DNA of 60,210 nt from Methanosarcinales archaeon (GCA_025464325.1 JAODGH010000039.1:1-60210); one strand, 5' to 3'; counted from the stretch's first letter, positions 17,374 through 27,452 are shown. Notes: a model not told the origin generated them from the letters alone. Made by a program: numbers and translations.

Positions 17374-19140
17374 ATGTCATTCAGTAAACCGATGCTCTGT
17401 GCGATAGAGGAGATAGAGGAAGCGAATAGCGATGTAAAGACGTTCGTATTGCGTGCCGGGGCGATAGCGCGGGAAAGTGAGCCGGGACAGTTCGTTATGG
17501 TCTGGAACCCGGGTGTGGATGAGATACCGATATCAATTGCCGATGTGAGAGGCGAACTCGTAGAGCTCGCTATCGCCGATAGAGGCGACTGCACGCACAA
17601 CCTGCAAGGTAAGCAGGTGGGCGATTTGATAGGTTTGAGGGGACCCTATGGCAGAGGATTCCGTATCGATGGCAGCAGGATTTGTATGGTTGGTGGCGGA
17701 TACGGAACTGCGCCACTCTTATTTGCTGCGAAACGAGCGTGTGAGGACGGTAGGTTCATAACGGTTCTCGCAGGTGCACGAACTGAGTCGGAACTGCTGT
17801 ACGTTGACAGGTTCCGGGATGCTGGCTGTGAGGATGTGCGAGTAGCAACGGAAGATGGTTCTGCGGGTTTTAAGGGTACCGTGACGGAGTTGCTATCGAA
17901 AACACTTGAGACCGATGATTTTGATCTGGTACTCTCATGTGGACCGGAACTGATGCTGAAACGTGTGTGTGAGATCACGAAACGTGCGGGTATATCCACT
18001 CAGGTCTCTATTGAGCGGATAGTGAAGTGTAGCTGTGGCGCCTGTGGCTCGTGTGATATCGGTGGATACCGGGTCTGTACAGATGGACCGGTGTTCGATG
18101 CTACCGAACTGGAAGGCACAGAGTTTGGATGCTGGACACGGGCGAAGAGTGGCAGAAGAGTAGCATTACAACCACAGATCAACGATCTGAGTTCGGTGCC
18201 TCCGCGTGTGTTCACACCCGACTATGAGCCAATGCTGGTGACAGAGGTGTGCGGGGTTCGATTCCCCAATCCGATAGCGAATGCCGCTGGTTTTGGGATA
18301 GCCGGGAAACTGCTTTACCGCTACGCAGTAGCAGGTGCTGGTGCGGTCGTGACAAAATCGGTCGGGTTACGAGAGCAGGAGGGGTATCCGAATCCCACGT
18401 TCCTTGAACTCGAGCCACAGACGTATGTGAATGCAATGGGGCTTTCAAATCCGGGCATAAATAATTATGGACCGGAGATAGAAGATGCGAAACGCGCGAA
18501 TGTGCCATTGATACTGAGCATATTTGGGCAGGACGTGGAAGAATGCAAGCAGGTGGCGAAGCAGGCGGTGAAGTATCGGGTGGATATGATAGAATTTAAT
18601 GCGTCATGCCCGCATACGAATTTTGTAGCCATGGAGAACAATCCCCGGATGTTAAGGAGCATAATAAAGGCGATACGCGAGATCGTGCATCCTGTACCCG
18701 TTGCAGTAAAGCTATCACCAAATATAGGCGATATCCCGGGACTGGCAATGACACTGGAACGAGCCGGTGCTGATGCAATCACCGCTATTAATACTGTCAT
18801 TAGCAGACCTGTGGACAAAACACTGGATATACCTATTCTCGGTAATCCCACGGGTTATGGTGGTAAATCGGGCAGAGCACTTACCGCAGGAGGAAAGCAG
18901 GTGATCTTTGAGCTATACAAAGAGGTGAAGATACCGATAATCGCAGTTGGTGGCATATTCTCCGCGAAGGACGTGATAGACTATGCGAGAAACGGTGCAC
19001 AATTGTTTCAGGTGGGTAGTGCGCTGGTGACTGAGGGTTATGGTATATTCAGAAGAATAAAAGACGATCTGAATGACTACCTTGATGCCAACGGTTATAA
19101 GAATATAGGAGAATTGGTGGGAGAAGCACACAGAAGTTGA
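17374..19140 (+). CDS. pyrKD: Fused dihydroorotate dehydrogenase: electron-transfer subunit (PyrK) plus catalytic subunit (PyrD, class 1B)
   Basis: Single 588-aa ORF. The N-terminal half has FAD/NAD-binding motifs and a 2Fe-2S motif CSCGACGSCDIGGYRVCTDGP. After a roughly 20-aa linker, the C-terminal half starts VCGVRFPNPIANAAGFG and looks like a PyrD TIM barrel. Confidence 0.85.
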   Translation: MSFSKPMLCAIEEIEEANSDVKTFVLRAGAIARESEPGQFVMVWNPGVDEIPISIADVRGELVELAIADRGDCTHNLQGKQVGDLIGLRGPYGRGFRIDGSRICMVGGGYGTAPLLFAAKRACEDGRFITVLAGARTESELLYVDRFRDAGCEDVRVATEDGSAGFKGTVTELLSKTLETDDFDLVLSCGPELMLKRVCEITKRAGISTQVSIERIVKCSCGACGSCDIGGYRVCTDGPVFDATELEGTEFGCWTRAKSGRRVALQPQINDLSSVPPRVFTPDYEPMLVTEVCGVRFPNPIANAAGFGIAGKLLYRYAVAGAGAVVTKSVGLREQEGYPNPTFLELEPQTYVNAMGLSNPGINNYGPEIEDAKRANVPLILSIFGQDVEECKQVAKQAVKYRVDMIEFNASCPHTNFVAMENNPRMLRSIIKAIREIVHPVPVAVKLSPNIGDIPGLAMTLERAGADAITAINTVISRPVDKTLDIPILGNPTGYGGKSGRALTAGGKQVIFELYKEVKIPIIAVGGIFSAKDVIDYARNGAQLFQVGSALVTEGYGIFRRIKDDLNDYLDANGYKNIGELVGEAHRS

Positions 19141-19147
19141 AACGGAG

Positions 19148-19195
19148 AATGTGCCGTACCTACCGGCACATTAAAAATCAAAAGGGTTTTTATAT
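19148..19195 (+). terminator. Hairpin (9-bp perfect stem aatgtgccg/cggcacatt, 7-nt loop) followed by an A/T-rich tract
   Basis: Read directly downstream of the pyrKD stop. A T-run, ggttttta, follows. Confidence 0.35.
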
Positions 19196-19241
19196 GAATA
19201 ACCGAATTTAGTTATAGACTTTCCTTACGGAGGAGTAACTG

Positions 19242-21680
19242 ATGAGGTTTATAAGGTGGTTTGAAGAGGTTGGACGTGATGATGTAGCGCTGGTTGGAGG
19301 TAAAAATGCATCACTCGGCGAGATGATAAGGAACCTCAAAGAAGAAGGGGTGAACGTTCCTTCTGGTTTCGCCATCACTGCGGAGGCATATAAATATCTG
19401 ATACAGAGTGCGGGCATAGACAGAGCAATCAGGGAAATCCTCCGGGATCTGGATACGCACGATATGGAGAATCTATCAGAGCGAGGCAGCAAAATAAGGC
19501 GATTGATAAAGAACGCGGGCTGTCCACCGGAGCTGGAGAAGGAGATACGGGAAGCATATAGGGCGATGGAGAGCCGATACGGTAAAAACGTGGATGTGGC
19601 AGTGAGAAGCAGTGCAACAGCGGAGGATCTACCGAATGCCAGTTTTGCAGGGCAACAGGAGTCGTACCTGAATGTAAGAGGCGAAGATGAGCTGATAGAA
19701 AGGGTGATGGATTGCTTCGCTTCTTTATTCACCGACAGAGCGATATCGTACCGTGTGGATAAAGGATTCGACCATTTGAGCGTTTATCTCTCAGTTGGTG
19801 TGCAGAAGATGGTTCGTTCTGACCTGGCATGTGCTGGTGTCATGTTCTCAATAGACCCCGAATCGGGGTTCAGAGATACGGTATACATAACCGGTGCCTA
19901 TGGTCTGGGTGAGTGTGTGGTACAGGGTGCGGTCAATCCCGACCAGTTTTATGTGTTCAAGCCGACATTGAGAAAAGGGTACCGACCCATAGTGGAGAAG
20001 AAACTGGGGGCTAAACGTAAGAAACTGGTCTACCGTAAGCGAGGGGGAGGTACCAGACAGGAGCGAGTGAGTAAAGAAGATCGAAATAAGTTCGTGCTGA
20101 GTGATGATGAGATACTCACGCTTGCGAAATGGGCGTGTATCATAGAGGAGCATTACGGTACGCCCATGGATATTGAATGGGCGAAGGACGGAGTAACAAA
20201 CGAGCTGTTTGTGGTACAGGCGAGACCGGAGACCGTACATTCACAGCGTAAACTTGCACAGTTAGAGACCTACGTGCTTGAAGAGGACAGGGAGCAATTA
20301 AAAGACAGGTTACTTGTAGAGGGCGAAGCGGTAGGTACAAAGATAGGACAGGGCGAGGTAAAGGTGATCCAGAACGCGGATGATATAAATGAGTTCAGAC
20401 CCGGGCAGGTCCTGGTTACCGAGATGACAGACCCGGACTGGGAGCCGATAATGAAGATTGCAGGAGCAATAGTAACAGACCGAGGTGGCAGAACCTGTCA
20501 TGCCGCTATCGTATCACGAGAGCTTGGGATACCGTGTGTGATCGGCACAGTAAATGGTACGAGGATCTTGAAGGATGTGAAAGAGGTCACCGTCGACTGC
20601 TCCGAGGGTGTGGGGCGAGTATACGAAGGGATACTGAAATACCGGCGGAATACAGTATCTCTTGAGAACATATCCCAAACGCGAACAAAGATAATGATGA
20701 ATATTGGCGTTCCCGATAACGCGTTTGTACACGGTCAGATCCCGAATGATGGCGTTGGACTGGCACGTGAGGAGTTCATTATCAATTCTTACATAGGCAT
20801 TCATCCGATGGCGCTTATAGATTATGAGAAATTGAAAGAGAAAGCGAAGCATGACAGGAATATAGCGCGTCTCATAAAGGCAATCGATGCACGGAGTACC
20901 ACATATGAAGACAAGAGGCAGTTCTTTATCGACAATCTCGCGATGGGAATAGCAAAAATTGCAGCAGGATTTTATCCCAACGATGTGATAGTGCGGTTAT
21001 CGGACTTCAAGACGAACGAATATGCGAATCTTCTAGGTGGTTATTTGTACGAGCCGATAGAGAGCAATCCGATGCTGGGCTGGCGTGGTGCATCACGTTA
21101 TTATGACGAGCATTTCAAACCCGCCTTCGGACTCGAGTGTCAGGCGATAAAGAAAGTACGGGAGGAGATGGGGCTGACGAACGTGAAAGTGATGGTTCCT
21201 TTCTGCAGGACACCGGAAGAGGGCAGGAAAGTGATAGAAGCGATGAGCGAGTTCGGACTCAAGCAGGGTGAGAACGAGCTGGAGGTGTATGTGATGTGCG
21301 AAATACCGTCAAACGTCATACTCGCAGACGAATTTGCGGAGATATTTGATGGTTTCAGTATAGGCTCCAATGATCTAACCCAGCTGACGCTTGGTCTGGA
21401 TCGGGATTCCGATCTCGTCGCGCGTATATTTGATGAACGAAACGAAGCAGTGAAGCGACTGGTGAAGTATGCGATCGAGGCAGCGCACAAGCATGTGCCA
21501 AGGAGGAAGATAGGTATATGTGGTCAGGCACCGAGCGATTTCCCGGAATTTGCCGATTTCCTCGTTGAGTGTGGGATCGATTCGATGTCCCTGAATCCGG
21601 ATGTGGTGGTATCCACACGTCTGCATGTGGCGCAGACGGAGGCACGCTTAGCAAAAGAGGAGCAAAACCAGGCTGACTGA
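19242..21680 (+). CDS. ppsA: Phosphoenolpyruvate synthase
   Basis: 812 aa. The N-terminus DVALVGGKNASLGEMI, the phosphohistidine region GGRTCHAAIVSRELGIP and a C-terminal PEP-utilising TIM domain. Confidence 0.9.
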   Translation: MRFIRWFEEVGRDDVALVGGKNASLGEMIRNLKEEGVNVPSGFAITAEAYKYLIQSAGIDRAIREILRDLDTHDMENLSERGSKIRRLIKNAGCPPELEKEIREAYRAMESRYGKNVDVAVRSSATAEDLPNASFAGQQESYLNVRGEDELIERVMDCFASLFTDRAISYRVDKGFDHLSVYLSVGVQKMVRSDLACAGVMFSIDPESGFRDTVYITGAYGLGECVVQGAVNPDQFYVFKPTLRKGYRPIVEKKLGAKRKKLVYRKRGGGTRQERVSKEDRNKFVLSDDEILTLAKWACIIEEHYGTPMDIEWAKDGVTNELFVVQARPETVHSQRKLAQLETYVLEEDREQLKDRLLVEGEAVGTKIGQGEVKVIQNADDINEFRPGQVLVTEMTDPDWEPIMKIAGAIVTDRGGRTCHAAIVSRELGIPCVIGTVNGTRILKDVKEVTVDCSEGVGRVYEGILKYRRNTVSLENISQTRTKIMMNIGVPDNAFVHGQIPNDGVGLAREEFIINSYIGIHPMALIDYEKLKEKAKHDRNIARLIKAIDARSTTYEDKRQFFIDNLAMGIAKIAAGFYPNDVIVRLSDFKTNEYANLLGGYLYEPIESNPMLGWRGASRYYDEHFKPAFGLECQAIKKVREEMGLTNVKVMVPFCRTPEEGRKVIEAMSEFGLKQGENELEVYVMCEIPSNVILADEFAEIFDGFSIGSNDLTQLTLGLDRDSDLVARIFDERNEAVKRLVKYAIEAAHKHVPRRKIGICGQAPSDFPEFADFLVECGIDSMSLNPDVVVSTRLHVAQTEARLAKEEQNQAD

Positions 21681-21685
21681 TCGAT

Positions 21686-22252
21686 ATGTATATAAAAATA
21701 AGAGCGGTTGACGTTGTACGGGTGCCACCCGAGCGATTGGGTGAGGATTTAGTGAACACTGTGAAGGAGTTACTGAAAGATAAGCTTGAAGGGCGAGTGG
21801 ACAAGAGGATCGGGATGTTCGTTGCCGTACTGGACGTTGTGGAGATGAAAGAGGGCAGGATAATGATAGGCGATGGCGGTGTGTACTACGAGACGATCTT
21901 CGATGCACTCGTTTTCAGACCGATGATGCAGGAGATAGTGGAAGGAGAAATAGTGGAGATAGTGAATTTCGGTGCATTCGTTGAGATAGGCCCGCTTGAT
22001 GGTCTGCTGCACATCAGTCAGATAACAGATGAGTTCATATCGTACGATGAGAAGGGTGCGAAACTCATTACCCGTGAGTCGAACAGGACATTGGGAGAGA
22101 AGGACCGTGTACGTGCACGTATAGTTGCGATCTCACTAAATGAGCGAGATCCCGGGGATAGTAAGATCGGACTCACGATGAGACAGCCCGGTCTGGGCAA
22201 GATAGAATGGATAGAAGAGGAGCGTAAGAAAGAATCAGAGAGCGAAGTATAA
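21686..22252 (+). CDS. rpoE: DNA-directed RNA polymerase subunit E' (Rpo7)
   Basis: 188 aa. An N-terminal Rpb7-like domain plus an S1 domain (VEIVNFGAFVEIGPLDGLLHISQI). Confidence 0.85.
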   Translation: MYIKIRAVDVVRVPPERLGEDLVNTVKELLKDKLEGRVDKRIGMFVAVLDVVEMKEGRIMIGDGGVYYETIFDALVFRPMMQEIVEGEIVEIVNFGAFVEIGPLDGLLHISQITDEFISYDEKGAKLITRESNRTLGEKDRVRARIVAISLNERDPGDSKIGLTMRQPGLGKIEWIEEERKKESESEV

Positions 22253-22438
22253 ATGGAACGCGCCTGCAGGGATTGTCATCGGATAGTAGAAGAAGGTAAG
22301 ATGGTCTGTAAATGCGGTTCTAATTCCCTGAGTAAGGACTGGAGCGGCTATGTGGTCATCGTAGATGCGGAAGGTTCTGAGATAGCGAAGAAGCTGGGTA
22401 TAAAAAAGGAAGGTAGATACGCTTTGAAGGTGCGATAA
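22253..22438 (+). CDS. spt4: Transcription elongation factor Spt4 (RpoE'')
   Basis: 61 aa. Zinc-ribbon pattern CRDC...CKCG, then WSGYVVIVD. It starts immediately after the rpoE stop. Confidence 0.8.
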   Translation: MERACRDCHRIVEEGKMVCKCGSNSLSKDWSGYVVIVDAEGSEIAKKLGIKKEGRYALKVR

Positions 22439-22472
22439 CTTTACTTTTTACCTTTTTTACTTTTTACCTTTA
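22439..22472 (+). terminator. Oligo-T-rich tract (T5/T6/T5 runs) after spt4
   Basis: The sequence ctttactttttaccttttttactttttaccttt lies directly after the stop. Archaeal terminators are typically oligo-T. Confidence 0.4.
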
Positions 22473-23957
22473 CTACTCCTTCTTGCTCAGTATTACCTTC
22501 CCTATGCTTATTTTTGCATCCTTGAGTACAATCTTTATGGGTGGACTGGAGCCCATACCGCCCGCGTTCGCCATTATCGCCCGAATCAAGTCCTGAGGTA
22601 TTTCTTCTTCACCGCTTATCACCGGTGGTGGCATAGCAGTTTCTGGAGCTTCTGTACCCGCTGCAGCTTCTTCTATCTTCTCCGCCGTGCCCCATCCCTC
22701 GGTTATCTTTGTACCGTCAGCTTCCCGGATAACCCCTTTCACAACCGGGTGATCAACCCGCTGCAGGAACTCACGCAGACTCTCTATATCCGTAGCTTCC
22801 TTCTCCGTCGCTATCTTGTCCATCATCTCTTCTGGTATCGCATCTTTAACCCGTTCCTTGAGGTCTGACGCCATCCATACCACGCGCCGCCATCCCCCGT
22901 CGTACTGTATGAATTTAGAGCTGTAGAAGTACTGGATACCAATACCGAGGAAGCCTTTTACCTGCTTACCACCACCAACAGAGCCCGCAATGGTCGAGAA
23001 TGGAAGCCCAATGGGTGTCTCTGAGACTTTGGAGCCACGATGTATCCAGCCAATACCGTCAACTTCGGGTATATAAAACCCCGCAACCTCAAAACAGCCA
23101 CAGCTCGTATGCGGCTTCTCAAGGAACGCGTGTAATTTTATGGAATCGTATTCACCGCCCGAAAGTTTCACTGCAGCCTCATTTACGCCCGTGTATTCAC
23201 CCCCTATCGGATCTATACACTCACCCTTGGGAATAGGCGCATTCGGTCCTTCAGGATCAACCCTCGCCGCAGCTCTCGAATCGAACCAGCTCATTGCACC
23301 GCAGAGTGCTACCCTATCCGGCGTAACCACACAGACATTCGTCGGTGCAAATGACTGACACAGCGTACATTGATAGAATTCGTCCACATCCTCGTCATGT
23401 AACCCCCGCGTCTTCATGTCTCGTGCTTCATAGATCTTCATCGCCTCTTCCAGTTGCTTCTTCACCTCGTCCTCGTCTGTTATGTATATCGCCTCCATCT
23501 TCTCTATGAACGGTAATTCCGATTTGAACAGCATTATCGTCGCTTTTGCGATCTGTTTCAGCGATTTCAAGCCCTTCTTAACCGCTTCTTTGCTTATCCT
23601 GACCCATATCTCTGCACGCTGGTTTAAGTGCATATAGCCCTGTATGTAGGACTGATACTCGTGATTCCTCCGTTCTATAACCGCTTCCAGGTCTTTCTCG
23701 ATCTTCTCGCCATAGACCTTATATATCATGCCGAACGCGTAAGTACCGCCCTCTTCCATCTCTTCTAAATCCGGTCCTATCAGCGTTACTTCGTTATCAT
23801 GTACCTTGTCTGGATCGGGTTCAAAGAGAACGAGTTCGAACCCGGGCTTATTCATACCGCCCAACTCCACGTACATGTTCGATTTTCTTACCCGCTCGCC
23901 CTCGTACATCGGGTTAAGGTCAAACGGGAAAACCTCTTCTGCCTCTGCTTCCCCCAT
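22473..23957 (-). CDS. cdhC: Acetyl-CoA decarbonylase/synthase complex subunit beta (A-cluster acetyl-CoA synthase)
   Basis: 494 aa. Motifs FPFDLNPMYEGERVRK, CTLCQSFAPTNVCVVTPDR and HTSCGCFE. Confidence 0.9.
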   Translation of the reverse strand: MGEAEAEEVFPFDLNPMYEGERVRKSNMYVELGGMNKPGFELVLFEPDPDKVHDNEVTLIGPDLEEMEEGGTYAFGMIYKVYGEKIEKDLEAVIERRNHEYQSYIQGYMHLNQRAEIWVRISKEAVKKGLKSLKQIAKATIMLFKSELPFIEKMEAIYITDEDEVKKQLEEAMKIYEARDMKTRGLHDEDVDEFYQCTLCQSFAPTNVCVVTPDRVALCGAMSWFDSRAAARVDPEGPNAPIPKGECIDPIGGEYTGVNEAAVKLSGGEYDSIKLHAFLEKPHTSCGCFEVAGFYIPEVDGIGWIHRGSKVSETPIGLPFSTIAGSVGGGKQVKGFLGIGIQYFYSSKFIQYDGGWRRVVWMASDLKERVKDAIPEEMMDKIATEKEATDIESLREFLQRVDHPVVKGVIREADGTKITEGWGTAEKIEEAAAGTEAPETAMPPPVISGEEEIPQDLIRAIMANAGGMGSSPPIKIVLKDAKISIGKVILSKKE

Positions 23958-24058
23958 CTTTCGCTATATTCTACTATCTGGCAGCATATTTAAAAGGCTT
24001 TTCAAAAAGTTCCAATAACCGGCATGCAAAACCGACAAATGTCAATATTGAAGGGTGT

Positions 24059-24970
24059 TTATTTTAACATTCGCATCAATAGTGCCTTCTGTGCATGCAA
24101 TCGATTCTCAGCCTGGGTCAGTATAACATCCTCCTCACGGTTCAGTACCGCCTCTGTTATCTCTTCTCCTACATGCACGGGCATGCAGTGCATAACTATT
24201 ACGTCCTCTTTTGCCATCTCCACCACCCGCTCGTTCACCTGGTACGGTCTGAATACGCGCACTCTCCGTGCTCTTTCTGTTTCCGCGCCCATCGAAACCC
24301 AGACATCTGTATATATCACATCAGCATCAGTTACCGCAGCTTCTATATCGTCGGTTACATGCACCTTACAACCCAGCGATTCTGCTCGCTTCAACACCTG
24401 TACATCGGGTTCGTACCCACGTGGACATGCCACACTGAACCGTTCAATACCCACCAGTGCGCATCCGCCTATCAGTGAGTTGCATACATTATTACCATCG
24501 CCGATCCATGCCACTTTAATACCTTCAAACCCGTTCCTGTACTCTTTTATCGTCATCAGGTCTGCTAAAGTCTGACATGGGTGTTCCCGATCGCTTAAAC
24601 CGTTGATCACCGGTATGGACGCATAACGTGCAAAATCCTCTATCGTACCGTGCGCGTATGCTCTTATCATAACAGCATCGATATACGCGGACATAACCTT
24701 CGCCGTCTCCTTTATCCTCTCGCCTCTACCAAGTTGCAGTTCGTTCCAGTTCAGGCTGGTCACTTCACCGCCCAGCTCGAACATAGCCACTTCAAACGAT
24801 ATGCGTGTGCGTGTGGATGGTTTCTCAAATATGAGTGCCAGCACCTTGCCTTCCAGGTCATTTCGTTTCTTCAACCCGTTCGCTCGTTCTTTCTTCAAGC
24901 TCGTTGCACTATCCAGTAACTCCTCGATATCCCTGCCTGTGAGGTCGAATATAGAAATCAACCGATCCAT
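24059..24970 (-). CDS. argF: Ornithine carbamoyltransferase
   Basis: 303 aa. Motifs STRTRISFE, HPCQTLADL and the HCMP region. Confidence 0.9.
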   Translation of the reverse strand: MDRLISIFDLTGRDIEELLDSATSLKKERANGLKKRNDLEGKVLALIFEKPSTRTRISFEVAMFELGGEVTSLNWNELQLGRGERIKETAKVMSAYIDAVMIRAYAHGTIEDFARYASIPVINGLSDREHPCQTLADLMTIKEYRNGFEGIKVAWIGDGNNVCNSLIGGCALVGIERFSVACPRGYEPDVQVLKRAESLGCKVHVTDDIEAAVTDADVIYTDVWVSMGAETERARRVRVFRPYQVNERVVEMAKEDVIVMHCMPVHVGEEITEAVLNREEDVILTQAENRLHAQKALLMRMLK

Positions 24971-25004
24971 ATTCTAAATAGAAGTCTCTGATAAAGATAT
25001 AACC

Positions 25005-25859
25005 CTAACCCTGCCGTGACTTCAATACCGGTACCTTTTGCAGTATCCTCAACAATACAAATATGACCAGACAAATAGAGATAAGCAAAACCGAAATCGG
25101 TCTCGCACCTGCTATTCCGGGCAAGCCACTTAATCCATAGGATGCAAACCTGTCACCTATCAGTATTGACGCAGAACGGGGGAAGGAGGCAACAATCATC
25201 ACCGCAGCAAATTCGCTTATCCCCCGAGCCCAGCATAGAATTGCACCACTGAATATAGAAGGAAAGGCAAGAGGGAACGTTATTTTTATGAATGCTCGCC
25301 AATGAGATGCACCCAGCGAGCGTGCAACGTTTTCCAATCGAGGATCCACATCTTTAAACCCCTCACGTGCTGCATCTACTAAAAACGGGAGACTGACGAA
25401 GAGCATTGCGATCACTATTCCCGGAAAAGCATCTATAAATGCAATACCAACCTTCTCAAATGGCGCGCCTATCACGCCATAACGCATGAATACGCCGTAT
25501 AACGCAATCCCTGCAACGATGTGTGGCACAACCAGAGGCACATCCACTATGCTTTCTATAACGCTCTTACCCGGAAAATCCTTCCTTGCGAGGAGATACG
25601 CCAGGGGGACGCCGAAAAAGAAGGCAAGCAGTGTGGAACACGTTGCAGCAGATATGCTTACCCATATCGATTTTAGAACTACAGGATCCTTTGCAGCATC
25701 AATCAACCCGGTTATGTCTGTCGCCTGCTTGTAAAACATGTTTCCCAGCGTAATACAGACGAAAGCGATCAGGAAGAGCCCTAAAAATAGGAAGATGATG
25801 TATATCTTCTCACACTTTAGTCTCTCAACCGACCAGTTCGAAAGAGCTCTCATTGCCAC
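25005..25859 (-). CDS. ABC transporter permease, molybdate/tungstate/sulfate (ModB/WtpB/CysTW-like) type
   Basis: 284 aa, about 6 TM segments, with an EAA-like loop (ARSLGASHWRAFIKITFPLA). There is no adjacent binding-protein or ATPase gene. Confidence 0.75.
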   Translation of the reverse strand: MAMRALSNWSVERLKCEKIYIIFLFLGLFLIAFVCITLGNMFYKQATDITGLIDAAKDPVVLKSIWVSISAATCSTLLAFFFGVPLAYLLARKDFPGKSVIESIVDVPLVVPHIVAGIALYGVFMRYGVIGAPFEKVGIAFIDAFPGIVIAMLFVSLPFLVDAAREGFKDVDPRLENVARSLGASHWRAFIKITFPLAFPSIFSGAILCWARGISEFAAVMIVASFPRSASILIGDRFASYGLSGLPGIAGARPISVLLISICLVIFVLLRILQKVPVLKSRQG

Positions 25860-26067
25860 ACCTTCCCGCTTATATTTAGCTCGCTCGGAGCATATTTACG
25901 ACCCATGATGAAAGTTTCTTGACGGTTGTAAGCACTTGTGTACCGTCACCGATATGCAAGAATATACCATTCATTATAACAGAACCTGTTATATTAATGT
26001 TGCGTATTTAGTGGCTTTATCCCCAGACTAAGTTTCGATAGACCACCCTATTTTTGGTGAAATATCA

Positions 26068-26215
26068 GAGATATTCCCAAAAAAACTCATTTGAAACAGC
26101 AACCAAATTTCCAGTAGAAAGGCTTCAAATCGTAAATATCAAATATAACCTTAGATCGGGATATCCACGTCAAAGAGCAATACCCGTGTATCGACGGAAT
26201 CTTTTGGCTAAAATC
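26068..26215 (+). mobile_element. Short MITE-like copy or solo end (copy B) of the IS5-like element
   Basis: gagatattcccaaaaaaac...tttgaaacagcaaccaaatttccagtagaaagg closely matches the left end of copy A (accaaatttccagtagaaag is identical). The right boundary (cttttggctaaaatc) is tentative. Confidence 0.45.
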
Positions 26216-26282
26216 ATCGACAGGATGACGCTAATAAAGAAAAGAAAGGGTCGGCTTAAGATTTCAGCCAACCCACAATGGC

Positions 26283-26801
26283 TCATTCTTTTGGCGGTGT
26301 GAAGACCCGCGTTGCCAGTTCGCGATCAAGCATGATTAACCCGTTACCGTCTTTCCCGATGAGTTTCAATCTTGCAATGATCTCGTTATCGTTCGCTTCC
26401 TCTTCGATCTGTTCTGTAACGAACCACTGGAGGAATATGCTCGTTGCATGATCCTTCTCCGCAATCGCGAGTTCTACAAGCTCATTTATGCTCCGTGTAA
26501 TGAACTGCTCATGTGCAAGCGTCTTTTCAAACATATCGAGTGGAGACTCGAACTCACCTGGCGGCTGATCTATCGCTTTTAATTTCACCTGCCCGCCCTG
26601 AGCGTTGATGTAGTCATAGATTTTCATTGCATGGAACATCTCCTCCTGATACTGTACCATGAACCAGTTGGCAAAGCCCTTCAGCCCGATGTAGGTACTG
26701 TATGCAGACATAGACAGATAGAGATATGCGGAATACAGCTCCTTATTCAGTTGTGTATTCAGCATGTCCAGCATCTTATCGCTAAGCATCTTTGTTTGCA
26801 C
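26283..26801 (-). CDS. ftn: Ferritin (non-haem, Ftn-type)
   Basis: 172 aa. Ferroxidase-centre pattern LNKELYSAYLYLSMS...EEMFHAMK...EQ. Confidence 0.85.
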   Translation of the reverse strand: MQTKMLSDKMLDMLNTQLNKELYSAYLYLSMSAYSTYIGLKGFANWFMVQYQEEMFHAMKIYDYINAQGGQVKLKAIDQPPGEFESPLDMFEKTLAHEQFITRSINELVELAIAEKDHATSIFLQWFVTEQIEEEANDNEIIARLKLIGKDGNGLIMLDRELATRVFTPPKE

Positions 26802-26804
26802 ACC

Positions 26805-27452
26805 CTACAGCTTCTTATGGCAGAACCACCAGTCATAGCACTGATACTGCCTGAGGCGTTCCTTAGCCGTATCCTCATCCGATGCCGGTGGTATTATCAC
26901 TTCATCGCCTATCAACTCGTTCTCAGGCCAGTTCGCAGGCATCGCCACACCATGTTTATCCACGATCTGCAACCCTCGCACCATCCTGAGTATCTCATCC
27001 ATGTTTCTGCCGAGCTCCTGCGGATAGTACAGTATAGCCCTTATGATGCCCTGAGGATCAATAATGAATACTGCCCTCACTGTATTGGTCCCTTTATTCG
27101 GGTGTATGATTCCCAGGGTGTATGCCACGCGACCTGTATCGTCCGCAATCACAGGGAACTTTATCTCCTCATTAAGTTTCTCTTTTATCCATTCCACCCA
27201 CTTTATGTGGCTAAATACCTGGTCTATACTCAATCCAATAAGCGCGCAGTCGAGTTTTTCAAACTCCTCGTAACGCCTTTGAAATGCCACGAATTCCGTG
27301 GTACACACGGGTGTGAAGTCCGCGGGATGACTGAACAGCACGAACCACTTACCACTGTAATCCCCGGGCAGTCGCATCCTGCCGTGTGTCGTCTGTACCT
27401 CCATATCGGGTAATCGCGCCCCGATCAGGGGCATACCTCTATCTTCTTCCAT
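26805..27452 (-). CDS. Peroxiredoxin (Prx6/1-Cys-type fold)
   Basis: 215 aa. Active-site motif [14 protein letters not shown]. Confidence 0.85.
   Translation of the reverse strand: MEEDRGMPLIGARLPDMEVQTTHGRMRLPGDYSGKWFVLFSHPADFTPVCTTEFVAFQRRYEEFEKLDCALIGLSIDQVFSHIKWVEWIKEKLNEEIKFPVIADDTGRVAYTLGIIHPNKGTNTVRAVFIIDPQGIIRAILYYPQELGRNMDEILRMVRGLQIVDKHGVAMPANWPENELIGDEVIIPPASDEDTAKERLRQYQCYDWWFCHKKL

Noticed and set aside
26631-27413. 260-aa plus-strand ORF overlapping the ferritin and peroxiredoxin genes
   Set aside because: It is antisense to two genes with unmistakable family motifs. Its sequence is His/Leu/Cys-rich with no recognisable domain.
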